Origin: Octopus bimaculoides
Taxonomy: Eukaryota
Assembly: GCF_001194135.2 (NCBI RefSeq)
Contig: NC_069007.1
Span: 3,492,369 to 3,556,368 of the forward strand
Direction of reading: 5' to 3'
DNA: 64,000 nt
Part shown: positions 38,130 to 51,027 of the stretch, one piece after another
Position numbering within the stretch: position 1 is the stretch's first letter
How the letters are laid out: every line of letters begins with the position of its first letter
Notes under the pieces: model-generated
Told to the model about the DNA's origin: nothing
The model's input: the letters and a program-made list of their open reading frames with translations, nothing else
Databases searched by the model: none
Made by a program: the position numbers and the translations under genes

Positions 38130-39230
38130 GAAGACACGGGTTATTTCCTGTCTTAGAGTTGATATTCTACACTTACTTGAGGGACAAAGAATTTATCCAA
38201 AATTCTTTGTTGTTCAAGTTGTGTTGTCTTTTTTTGTATAGTGTAGGAATGGAGCTGATTCTAAACTCCTCTTGTAATTTTTATGTTGTGTTCCCAATTA
38301 TGGTTGTTATCAGCAAAAATTTACAGACCTTCCTCTATAAGTGCCAATCCTTTAGTAATATTCTTTGCAGTCAGTTTAAGCAGAATTGGTGGAATTTTTG
38401 CATTCTCAGCTTGCTCTTATATTCGGTAAACGTTCTCTTTAAGTCATTAGCAACTCAGACACAGCTCCTATGAATTCTTCAAAAAACTAAATATGTTTCA
38501 ATATCTGTCCAAATTTAATGTAGACTCTTGTGAAACCATGTGAAGTCACAGTTGCAGTCTGGCCATATATTTTTTCCAAGCACCATTCATTAAGAATTCC
38601 ACTTCATTCCATAACTCTGCTATATTATCTATAGCATCCATTCTGTTGGATTTCTTCCTAAAATCTCTAACTGTATGTTTGTTGTCCCTGTCAGTTGCTT
38701 GAAAGTTCTTCTCAGGAAATATGCCTAGAAGTTAGTTGTCATACCTTGATCCGTTGTATTCTTGGAATAGATCTTACTCTCACGTTATCAGAACACTCAT
38801 TTAAGTTTGCAGAGTGGCTTGGGGCATTGTCTAAAAGGAGCAAAGCTTTGTTGGAGGTATTTCATCTGACACTTGTGCCTTTTTGCAGCAGAACAGAAAA
38901 CATAATGTTTGTAAACCACTCTTCAAAAAAGACTCCCTTAGTCATCCATGCCTTCTTATTTCAATGCCAGATCAGGGGTAGATTAAACTCTGCATAACTC
39001 TTAAAAACCCTTAGATTTTCAGAGTTTTACACAAGCAGGAGCTTTAACTTCATATCACCATTGCCATTTCCTCCCAGAGGCACCAGGAAATTTTTAGAAA
39101 CTCTAAAGTTGGTTTTGGTGGTGGCAGCAGCATTCTTGCTAACTGTGTGAGTGTTGTTGCTTAGATTCAAGTTCATGTTCGTTTTCCCAAGATGAACAGC
39201 ATTTCATTTAACTCTTAGAATACACTGGGG
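38130..39230 (-). mobile_element. Tigger/pogo-like DDE transposase remnant (degraded)
   Basis: Minus translation LGGNGNGDMKLKLLLV*NSENLRVFKSYAEFNLPLIWH*NKKAWMT...FEEWF, LLLLDNAPSHS, DQG; stops and frameshifts; boundaries approximate. Confidence 0.85.
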
Positions 39231-39408
39231 TACCCACATCTCTTGTCGTTCTCTTTTATCTTAGACTGATTTGCTTCTCTCATTCCTGTTGTTGTTGTTG
39301 TTGTTGTGGTGGTCATTAAGGAATAGATGGGTTGGTGGTGGTGCTGGTTCTGGTTTTGATGAGAGATAGTTATGGTGCACATGAAAGATGATCATCTAGC
39401 TTCCCCCA

Positions 39409-39452
<44 letters not shown>

Positions 39453-39540
39453 TAGATTGGAGCCTGGTGTTGCCATCCTGTTTCACCAATCCTCAGTCAA
39501 ATCGTCCAACCCATGCTAGCATGGAAAGCGGACGTTAAAC

Positions 39541-39573
<33 letters not shown>

Positions 39574-39882
39574 ATACTCACATATACAACAGGCTTCTTC
39601 CAGTTTCTGTCTACCAAATCCTCTCACACATCTTTGGTTAGCCTGAGGGCCATAGTAGAAGAAATTTACCTGAGGTGCCACACAGTGGGACTGAACTTGG
39701 AACCATGTGGTTGGGAATCAAGCTTCTTACCACACAACAACACCTGTGCTTCTGTGTGTATGAGAGAGAGAGATAGGCAGGTGGATAGAGAGGCTGATAG
39801 ATACAGTTTGCTTGGTGCATGTAAGTTTATGTATATATATATATATATGTGTGTGTATATATATGTATATATATGGGGAAAC

Positions 39883-40145
39883 AAGTCATGGTAGAAAATG
39901 CTAAAATAATTTTATAAAAAACATTTTAGTACCGGTTTCAGCCATTGAGACTTTTTTCAATTGTAAGTATTGGAAACAATTAAATTTTGGAAAAATTAAA
40001 AAGAAAAGTTTTTTAAAAGAATATTTGCATTAAAAAACTTTTCATGTAATTTTCCCAAAATTTGTTTTCCATACTTACAGTTGAAAAAGTCTCAATGACT
40101 GAAATGTTTTTTATAAAATTATTTTAGCATTTTCTTCCTTGACTT
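39883..40145. mobile_element. Foldback element, second family
   Basis: Two arms of about 120 bp are reverse complements, with an 11-nt indel. Confidence 0.75.
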
Positions 40146-40825
40146 TTTTTTCCATATATATCAACTTATGTGTTCCTTTTCAACCTTCTACATATATATA
40201 TATATATATATATGTATGTGCATCCAGCTATAAAAACTGTGCCAAAACAGGCAGAAGTTTGATGCAATCTTCTGCTTGTCCAGCTCCTGTCAAACCGTCC
40301 GACCCATGCCAGCATTGGAAGGCAGACGTTAAACAATGATGATGATATATATACACACACATCACATGTACACATCCCACATGCACACATAGGAAAAAAA
40401 TGGACGGATGAACAGATACACGTTATCATTGCAACCGAAAAAAATATAAAGATACACAATTATTCACAGCCCCAAAATTTCCACCTCCTCACACTGTGTT
40501 TATAATGACACTCGCACACGCATATATGGGTCATGGTGGTTGCTTTCCAGTTGTTAACCTAACTCTGATCTTAGCTACAACACAGAGATGCAGCCATTTG
40601 GCTAAGAAGAAAGTGTTTATTGTGAATTCTGAAAATTTTATCCCGGTCTCCACAAGAATGAAATTACAGACTGTATCCCACAATGCATAGTCATACTTTA
40701 TCATTCTCACAACTTTAAATAGACATAATGTGGGGGATACCTCTATGTCTATAATATATATGTGTATATATTTAATTGTTGGATTTGGTTTGCAAGATTC
40801 TTTAGGTGAGTTTGTGTGTTGAAGC

Positions 40826-41108
40826 ATATTCTGTTGTGTCTGGGGAGAGTCATTCTCTTTAAGTACCTTATAATTTAACACAGTCACCAGTAAAATTTCC
40901 ACCTATTCTTTGTTTTATTTTTTTAAAAATTTTCGTTGCATTTTGCAACCTTGTCAATAGTCTTGACTCTCAAGACTTGAAAAGGTTGCAAGACGCAACG
41001 TTAATTTTAGGAAAATAAGAAATAAGAAATAAGTGGAAATTTTACTGGTGAGTGTGTTAAATTATAAGGCACAATAAGAAAATGACCCTCCCCAGACACA
41101 ACAGAATA
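40826..41108. mobile_element. Foldback element, third family (partial copy at 26423..26566)
   Basis: atattctgttgtgtctggg... pairs with ...cccagacacaacagaatat; inner arms also pair. Confidence 0.75.
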
Positions 41109-41150
41109 TATGTGTATATGTGTTTTATATATATTATATATGCATTGTTA

Positions 41151-41184
<34 letters not shown>

Positions 41185-42762
41185 CATGCACACACACATT
41201 GTATATGTATACAGGTGTGTGTATATGTGTGATTTGTACACATAATTGGTATCTAATATATATTTATGTGTGATGTGTGTGTGTGTATATATATAGACAC
41301 ACAAATATATATATACATACATGTACCTGCACACATGCGTGCATATATTGTAAAAGGTAGTACAGATGGCCAACAAGAAATTTCCTGTCAGAAAAAAAAG
41401 AAAAGAGAATGACACTGACCATTGCGCACAAGTCTGATTTCTCTATCAGTTGTTAATTGGGAATCATTACAATTTCAGCACTATCTCCATGTGTGTGTGT
41501 TTGTTTGTTTGTGTGTGTGTGTATGCATAAATGTATTCCAACAACAATGCAGAACAATATGTGACTAAAATGCTTCTATTTGTCTGTGTGTCCCAGCATT
41601 TTTTTTTTATCTCTGTGGTTTCCTCCGCTCCTTGTCATTCCGTTTGAACTTGAAGAAGCGAGTGAAAAACAATATTGAAACTAGTGGTGGCAGTGCTGTC
41701 TTGAGGCACGAGGACTCTGGGTTGTTGCCCAGCGGCGCACAGGTGTAGGGGCACCCCTTTTGATCTATGTATGTAGTGGCTTGCTGTCAATAAATAAATA
41801 CTATAGGGGCCCAATATATATATTAGTTTACCTGGGTCCTCATGAGTGTAAGGGCCCGATTCTGATCTATGTATGCTGTCAATAAATATATACTATAGGG
41901 GCCTAGTGCATTGATTTGTGAGGGGCTCTGTAATGTTGCTAAGATGGGTCTGGATGGTGAAGGAGGTTGTGAGGATGATGATGGTAGTGGTCCTATTAGG
42001 GACCTTAGCGCCCCCCCCCAATGTCTACTTATTCTGTTTATACAGTGGTGTCTAGTTTTAGGGCAGTTTGGCAGCTGTTGCTATCTTGTACATCAAAAGA
42101 CGACCATTCTGTGTAAATTATGTTGGAGATGTCCTGGCAAGATGGTCGTTGAGGATGATTCAGTGTGGTCAGTGATAACGGTCAGATCAAATGATTTTGA
42201 TGTTTGACCACCAAGGTCCTTCTCAAGTCTTGTGTACACATGATATTGATGATGACGAAGATGGTTGTTTAATGTCTGTTTTCCATAATTGGCACAGGTT
42301 GGACAGTTTGACCGGAACCAGCAAGCCAGAAAAGTACACCAAGCTGTAGTGTCGCTCCTGGCAACGTTTCTACGGCTGGCTGCCCCCGTCTTTACAGAAT
42401 GTACTGTGAGCCTTTCTTTGTTATCTTTTGTGACATCGGAACTGGTGAGGTTATCAAGTATTTGCAAGACAGAACCCGACCCCTTTCAATGAGTTGGGGT
42501 ATAATATTGAAGGTGGTGATATAGTATGATAGAGGGACAGGAATAGAGGTGAGTGCATGGCTTCCTAAGTTGGAGAGACAGTGCGGATGTACCCTCAGGG
42601 TACAGAGTGAATAGGAGTAGAAGAATAGAAAGGGGTGAGTTGGATAAGTAGGTAAATTCACAAAAGTGCTAAAAGAATGTGGTAGATGATACACATATAT
42701 ATAATTAATAATTTTTATTGCAAGAAAAATTTGTCTTCAAATACTGTTACTGTATCAAGCAG

Positions 42763-42806
<44 letters not shown>

Positions 42807-45800
42807 AAACCATTTTTTAGACATGTATGTATGTATGTATGTATATATATATATATACACACACATCTTAAAGAAGGATTTTCCAGGTGCCAAAATTCAT
42901 AATCCTCTCTGACTGAAGAGAGGCCTAGACTGCCCTCATCTCCGCATCTTTACTGTAACCCCTACTAATCACAGTTGTGTGTGGGGAGGCCCACCCGCCT
43001 CCACCTTTTTGAGAAATTTTGCTGTAAGGAATCAGTAATGTAAAGAGGAGAGAGTAAAGGAATGGGGCAGAAGAGGAATATATTTGGTGGTTCATTTGTA
43101 AAATATTGTCTTGGAGACACAGTTCATGTTTTTTGTGGGGTTTTCTGCCATCTGTTTTTGTTTTTGTTTTATATTTTTCCTCTTCCTTTGTCTTACCATA
43201 AATGTGAAGGGTTGTTATTGTTATCGTCATAGCAACAACAACTGTTGTACCTGGGTGTCTCTTCTTTATCACTGACCAGACTCACCAAACTATCAAATAG
43301 GGAGTGACATATTGTTTTTTTGTTTTGTTTCTCTGTTATTCTTGTTGTTGTTGTTGTTGTTTTAACCCCGGGTCAGTCCTGAACGAGTATTTCAGTTGTG
43401 ACCAATTTTTGGGGTCTTTTTTGTTTTGTTTTTTGTCCCCTTTCTCCCACAAACTACATTATCCACTATGGTAATTTCTTTGTTTTGTTTTTTTTTAATG
43501 GTAAAATATGATTCGAATGAGATTTAATTGGCATTTTGCTGTGTCGTGTGAATGTGGTGTTTCTGCATATGTGAACGAGTTGTTTCAGGCAGCAAACTTA
43601 AGTCGAACAGGCTAGTGATGGGTGGTCTGGTCTGGTGTGACATAGTATGGTATGGTCTGTGTGGAATATGAGTCAGATTGGAAATAACATGTTACTGGCA
43701 GCCCTCAAGAATCCTCAGTTCTCTTCAAACTTTTGAAATTGCAACAAGTCCAAATGCCAAGAACAGTTTCTTTGTCATCATTTAATGTCCATTTTCCATA
43801 CTGGCATGAGTTGGATGCTTTGACAGGGGCTGAAGAGCTGCCTGGCCTCCATGTCTGTTTTAACATGGTTTAGCTATGGCTGGGTGCCCTTCCTGACACT
43901 AACCAGGCATAGAAACTTCAATATTCATCTTCAGTGTAAACCCTCCTCTTTAAGGCGGCGAGCTGGCAGAAACGTTAGCAAGCCGGGCAAAATGCTTAGC
44001 AGTATTTGAGTTCAAATTCTGCCGAGGTGGACTTTGCCTTTCATCCTTTCTGGGACGATAAATTAAGTACCAGTTGCTTACTTGGGTTGATCTAATCGAC
44101 TGGCCCCCTCCCCCAAAATTTTGGACCTTGTGCCTAGGGTAGTAAAGAATATTCATCTTCAGTGCTGACATGGGTTGCGTGGTTCAATAGAAGCTGGTGT
44201 GCCAGACTCCACAGTCTACTTTGGTATGGTTTCTATTGCTGGATGCCCTTCCTATTGCCAACCAGCTTACAGCGAGACAGTAAAGATTTGTTGGGGCATA
44301 CCCTCAAATATAAAGATAAATCTATTTCACCATGTACACAGGTAATTGTGTATCTTCTCTATAGCAAGACCCCTCTGCTTGTCCCTGTCATATTTTAGCC
44401 TCTCAACACCTGACATGAAGTCACCTCCTCCTTTCAAATACTCCACCCACCCCTCAATTGTGAGAGCCCTTTTTTTTTTCACTCTTGCTACTTACTCGGT
44501 GACCTTACTAGCGCCAGTGGCATGAAAGCATGCACCCGGTACACATTGTAAGGTTGGCAGTGGGAAGGACATCTGACCATTGAAACCATTCCATAGCAGA
44601 CATTCGAGCATTCTGCAATTCTGTGCTTCGCTAGATCCTGTCAAATGATCCAACCCATGGCAGCATGGAAAACTCGTTAACTGATGAAGATGATGACGAA
44701 TTGAGACAAATCTTGAGGACTGCCTGTAAAGCAGGGAGATGGCTGAATCAGTAGCACATTGGATTCAATACCTTGTGGTATATATGGCTATGTTCTTTAC
44801 ATCTTCTGTTCAGATCCCACCAAGGGTCACTTTGCCTTTCATGCTCTTAAAGGCTTGATACAGGGTGGTGTATGTATACGGTGGTGCCCCAGCGTGGCCA
44901 TGTTTCTCTAATGACAAATGAAAACAAAAGAACTGATGTGTGTTCATTTCTAATCAAGTGATTTTATGCCTCACCCAGAGGTGCCACCCCACAGAAGCTA
45001 ACACTAGGCAGCAGCTGTTTTGACTGTTAGTTATCAGGACCAAGGTTTTGAACTCCTGACCATGAGGTTAACAAACCAGTCCAGCAGCTAACTGGTTCGT
45101 AACTTAATTGCACCATTGTGCCTCGTATTACATATGGAAGTTTCAATGAATATTTGGTTATGTTCTGGGTTCAGTTCTGCCCCAGGTTCAGCATTAGCTT
45201 TCATCCCATCTGGGGTTGATAGAAATAAGTACCAGTCTACTCAGATACTCTGAGTTGTATTAATCAATTGTATACTCTACAAGGTGGTGCTCCAGCATGA
45301 CCACAGTCCAGTGACTGAAACTAGTAAAGGGATAAATATAAGAGGAAAATTAAAATGTGTGTGCGCGCGTAGAAGTGCCTTTTGTATTCCAAGGTATGTT
45401 GGTTATCTTGCCCTTCTGATTGGGGTTTGTGTGTGTGTGTGTGTGTCTCCACTCTGATTAATATCTCCAATGACCTCACTGCTACTGTTAAGCTTTCTGG
45501 AAAGTTCCTGGTAAGAAAAATTACAATGGAAACCTGGTGCCAGTGTCGGAGAATTTCTACATCTTGAAACAATGTGTGTGTGTGTGTTGTAGATATGTGA
45601 ATAGATGCATAGATTAAATCTATGCATTGGTGTTTGCACAGATATGTGTATAGGTCTATGTGTAAATGTCTGTAGAGATTTATGAAGATGTAATTTATAA
45701 ATATACTGCATATGTATGTACATATATAATGTATATGAATGTATGTATACATATATATGTACATATATATACTTTTTGTTAAAGCCAAAAAGAAAATCTT

Positions 45801-46012
45801 CACAAGCTGTTACCCAGAGTTTCACATTACCATTCTTGTATGATCCCAAATGTCCAACGACCAGTAATATGAAATTCTGAGTAAGTTTATGAGATGTTTT
45901 TTTCTTTTTTGGCTTTAATAATATTAGTCTACCTTCAATATTCAGGTACTATATTTTTCCACCTTGTTTTGCACCTATGTGCTATCTCAGACACACACCT
46001 ACATTATACATA

Positions 46013-46139
46013 CAGGGTGTCCACAAAGTCTGGGTACATGGGGATTAACACATACTTTAAGAAATTATTATTTCTTATATTTAATTGTTTATGATATGAT
46101 TTTATTTACTCCATGTACCCAGACCTTGTGGACACCCTG
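46013..46139. mobile_element. Tc1/mariner-type MITE
   Basis: 29-bp TIRs cagggtgtccacaaagtctgggtacatgg (1 mismatch), TA on the left flank. Confidence 0.8.
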
Positions 46140-46178
46140 TGTATATATGTTTGTGTGTGTGTATATGTATATACACAC

Positions 46179-46233
<55 letters not shown>

Positions 46234-47610
46234 ATGTAGGTGTGTGTCTGAGTTTAATAATGTGTTATTTAACAATACTTAGAAATACCTGAATCAAACT
46301 ACCAGATGCACACGTGTATGTATGTATATATATATATATATATACATACACACACACGTGTGTGTGCTGCATATGGCACAACAATTTAGGAGGTCAACTA
46401 ACTGCACCAACCACCTAAATGGCAGCTGACCATTTATTATGTGTCAGCTGTATTAAAATTAGCAAGAGATGGAAAAAGATCAAGAGACAGAGAAAAATGG
46501 CGTGTGCTACGTAGTTACTTCCCTTGCTGTTCTCCTTTCCAAGTTCAGCATCAAACGGTTGTCACATCAGTAGCAGTGCTCTCTGTCAGTTGAATTGACT
46601 GTTCCCAGCCATTGAATATGCAAGCTGGTAGCAATATTAGGAATTAATATTTGCAATTAAGGAGAGACCCTGATTTTAAGACTTTCTGGTGACCTTAAAT
46701 GAAGTTGATGAGGCTGTCTGATATATAAATATCGTTTGTGTGTATGTAAATATGTATAACAGATGAATGGAGTTTAAAATTGCAACAAACGTTTCACTAG
46801 AAACCTTTATTTAATGTAGTCTCATAACAGATTACATCATATATTACATGGATCCCTAATCTCATCAAATGAATTTTAACATGATCAACATGTAACTGAC
46901 AAATTGATTTCTTAATTCTTTTAACTGAAAAACACACACACACACCATTTAATATACATAGTGTTAAGATGTAAGCTACTACGTTTCATTCCTGGAGAGT
47001 GCAACATTTGGACACGCTTCTATAACCTGCCACGTACTATCTTGCAGTTGTTCTGGCTCAAAATAAACATAGCTGCTCCCTTTCTTGTTTTTTTCTCAAG
47101 GAGCAACCATGTGTATTTTAAACCTCAACAGTTGTAGGATATTACATGGCATACTGGAGAAGCTTGTTGAATTACTGTACCATCCAAGCATGAAACTGTA
47201 ACTCATATTTAAATACTGTGTATATTAAATGATATTTATCTCACAGGATAGACTATTGTTTTTGTTGATCCTACAAATAATGGAAAAGTACATTTTATAT
47301 ATGTATATCGATAGATAGATGGACAGATAGCTATACATGCAGGCACAGGCATTGCTTGGTTTTCAACATCTGTTGTGTGTTGCATAGAAGCAAGATACCC
47401 AATGAAAAATTCTATGATCGAATGAAGGCTTGTACTAGTATGGATAGCAAGCTTTCTGAACACCTGGTGCAAGAGGCACCCATCATTGCCACATCTGTGC
47501 CCAAGAATGTCAGTCCTAGCAGGAGTGAAAAGCCAGATCCATGCTGCTTGTGTTTGAGAGAACAGTCAAGTGATGGCATTGCTCAACATCAAGTTGCAAC
47601 CACCATATAC

Positions 47611-47668
<58 letters not shown>

Positions 47669-48628
47669 GCTCACTAACACATCCAAATCTTGTTACTAAG
47701 TGTATTAATGGATGATTCTTAGTTAATCCTTTCTCTGGATCAGTATAACTTTGGGAAAAGGAAAAAAAAAAGAATTATCGTGTAAAGAGATTAGAGAAGA
47801 TTTTTGCTAGCATTTGGTGCAAAAAAAAAAGAATCGAATCTTTCTAGAAAGCAATGGCAGGGAGAGGTCAGTTGGAAACAGAGTGGAAGACAATAAGAAA
47901 AACAGCGTCACTAAACTGCCCTTGCTTGTTCNNNNNNNNNNNNNNNNNNNNNNNNNNNNNNNNNNNNNNNNNNNNNNNNNNNNNNNNNNNNNNNNNNNNN
48001 NNNNNNNNNNNNNNNNNNNNNNNNNNNNNNNNNNNNNNNNNNNNNNNNNNNNNNNNNNNNNNNNNNNNNNNNNNNNNNNNNNNNNNNNNNNNNNNNNNNN
48101 NNNNNNNNNNNNNNNNNNNNNNNNNNNNNNNNNNNNNNNNNNNNNNNNNNNNNNNNNNNNNNNNNNNNNNNNNNNNNNNNNNNNNNNNNNNNNNNNNNNN
48201 NNNNNNNNNNNNNNNNNNNNNNNNNNNNNNNNNNNNNNNNNNNNNNNNNNNNNNNNNNNNNNNNNNNNNNNNNNNNNNNNNNNNNNNNNNNNNNNNNNNN
48301 NNNNNNNNNNNNNNNNNNNNNNNNNNNNNNNNNNNNNNNNNNNNNNNNNNNNNNNNNNNNNNNNNNNNNNNNNNNNNNNNNNNNNNNNNNNNNNNNNNNN
48401 NNNNNNNNNNNNNNNNNNNNNNNNNNNNNNNNNNNNNNNNNNNNNNNNNNNNNNNNNNNNNNNNNNNNNNNNNNNNNNNNNNNNNNNNNNNNNNNNNNNN
48501 NNNNNNNNNNNNNNNNNNNNNNNNNNNNNNNNNNNNNNNNNNNNNNNNNNNNNNNNNNNNNNNNNNNNNNNNNNNNNNNNNNNNNNNNNNNNNNNNNNNN
48601 NNNNNNNNTGTGTATGTGTATATATATA

Positions 48629-48869
48629 TAGTCACTTGCAAGCCCACATTAACTGTATATGTGAATGTATGTATATGCATATAATCACTTGCAATCTCAG
48701 CCACTGTGTGTATATGTTTGTATATACATAGTCACAAGCAAGCTCACAATCACTGGATATCTGTGTGTGCATGTATGTATGTAGTCACTAGCAAGCTCAC
48801 ACTCTTTCTCTATATGTGTGTGTGTGTGTATTGTGTACACACATGTATATAGTCACTTGCAAGCTCACA
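48629..48869 (+). repeat. Minisatellite: five copies of a 20-bp unit with variable microsatellite spacers
   Basis: tagtcacttgcaagctcaca at about 48629, 48682, 48729, 48782, 48850. Confidence 0.75.
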
Positions 48870-48914
48870 ATCATTGTATTTGTGTGTCCATATATGTATA
48901 CATGTTAGACTACG

Positions 48915-48946
<32 letters not shown>

Positions 48947-49150
48947 TCACACAGTGTATATATATATATGTGTGTGTGTGTGGCTGACACGTATAACCAT
49001 TGGCAAGTTCACTAGTCACCATTTTGTATGTATATGTGTGAGTTAATATGAATGGTGTGTGTGTGTGCATATAACACAACCACTGGTAAATTCATGCAGT
49101 TCCAGTATGTGTAAGTGGATCATGAATGCGTGTATGTATGTATGTATGTA

Positions 49151-49367
49151 CGAGGGAGTGCTGAAAGTTCCTGGCTTTATAAGGGCATTGTGAAAGGCCT
49201 GGTTGGGGTTCCAAACTTCCGAGTTCCTTAAGAGGACTTAGAAAAACTGAAGGACCACTGCAATAAGCACATGAATCTGAGAGGGGAATATGTTGAATAA
49301 AATCACAACTGATCCTCATCCTGTATTTTCTTTTACCCAAAGCCAGGATCTTTTCAGCACCCTGTCA
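49151..49367 (+). mobile_element. Mariner internal-deletion derivative
   Basis: TIR-like cgagggagtgctgaaagttcctggcttt / aaagccaggatcttttcagcaccc; internal LEKLKDHCNKHMNLRGEYVE* resembles a mariner transposase C-terminus. Confidence 0.7.
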
Positions 49368-50980
49368 TATGTACGAAGATGTGTGTGTAAGATTACATAT
49401 ATATATATATATATGTATGTATATGTATATATATGAATATGATTTGTATATAGCATGCATATATAACCAGTGACAAGCTCAAAAAAAAATCACCCTTGCA
49501 TATGTACATATATATTTTTATTTGCTCCATTACTTCAAGTCTAGTTTAAACATTGCTCACCCAGAATTATTGACAAAAAAAACATGATTATAAATATTAA
49601 AAGAAATACAAAAATGAAAACAAAAGTGTTGTTTTGTCTTTATTCTTCACTGGAATTGGTTAAAGCGTTTGTATTTGTTAACTGTCTGCTGTGATGAAGA
49701 GAGACTACAGTCTGTTGTATGGTGGTTCTGAAGGCATGTGGCTTAATGGTTAGTGTATTTGGCTCATGATAGTAAGGTTGAAAGTTCAGTTCCCAGTGAT
49801 GCGTTGTGTCCTTGAGCAAGACTCTTTATTTCACGGTGCTCCTGTCCACCCAAGAGCCAACCTTGTTGCGGTGTATCACGCTCAATCTCCCCGAGAACTA
49901 CATTAACAATACACATGTTCCATTGATCGGATCAACTGGAACACTTATAATGGATGGAGTGCCAATTATAGTTGTAATTATGGTGTTTCTATATTGTCTG
50001 CAAGAAAAGCAACATCATTTGCATAGTCAGCATCTGATATTTTTATTGCCGGATGTCTTTTATTTCTAATCCTTCCAGGTGTGAATCCATAATCTTTACT
50101 GATTTCAATGGATGTTTTGTAAGACATAATCCTGACATATCATAAACAGAATATGGAGCCAGAGTGTTCCCTTGAAGAACACCAGCATGACTACCGAAAT
50201 ATTCAGTGTCTCCCAACTCATCTGGTTAGCTCATGTGTCCTATTTAAAGTATCATCATCATCAGACTACACTGGTTTGGTTGTGATGCGGATGGAGGAGA
50301 ACTGTTTTATAAAGAAGTTCTGATCACTTAAAGTGGGGGGAAGTTGTGGGAGAGGGTGACCCAGGAAGACGAGATGTAGTATTGAGGGCCGATCTCAAAA
50401 TGCTGAAGATGAGAGAGGAGTGAGATATGTGGTGCATTGCTGTACTGAAAGACCTGCCCACCACAACTGAATTGAGATCCTAAAACCGAGGTGCCACATA
50501 AAAAGCATTGGTGTGGGTGCTGGTGCCATGTAAGAGTACATACTCTGTGGAGTGGTTGGCATTAGGGAGGGCATCTAGCTGAAGAAACCAAGCTGAAACA
50601 GATGACTGGGCACTTGTGTGGCTCCTGACCTTGCCAGCCCCTGTCAAGTCATCCAACCCATCCCAATGTAGAAAACTGGTATTAAATATTGGTGACTGAA
50701 ACAAATAAAAAAACGTATTTATGGACTGGCTCTTGTGTGGGTGGCACATAAAATACACCATTTTGAGCGTGGCCGTTGCCAGTATCGCCTGACTGGCCTT
50801 CGTGCCAGTGGCACGTAAAAGCACCCACTACACTCTCGGAGTGGTTGGCGTTAAGAAGGGCATCCAGCTGTAGAAACTCTGCCAAATCAGATTGGAGCCT
50901 GGTGTTGCCATCCGGTTTCACCAGTCCTCAGTCAAATCGTCCAACCCATGCTAGCATGGAAAGCGTACGTTAAACGATGA

Positions 50981-51027
<47 letters not shown>

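Noticed and set aside
42093-42492. 124-aa minus ORF and overlapping plus ORFs
   Set aside because: 42250..42390 is a decayed copy of the RTE-tailed SINE (gtttaatgtctgttttccat...ggttggacagtttgac...tttctacggctgg); no recognisable protein family or clear splice context.
48629-48869. CRISPR array
   Set aside because: Eukaryotic context, degenerate repeats, low-complexity spacers, no cas genes.
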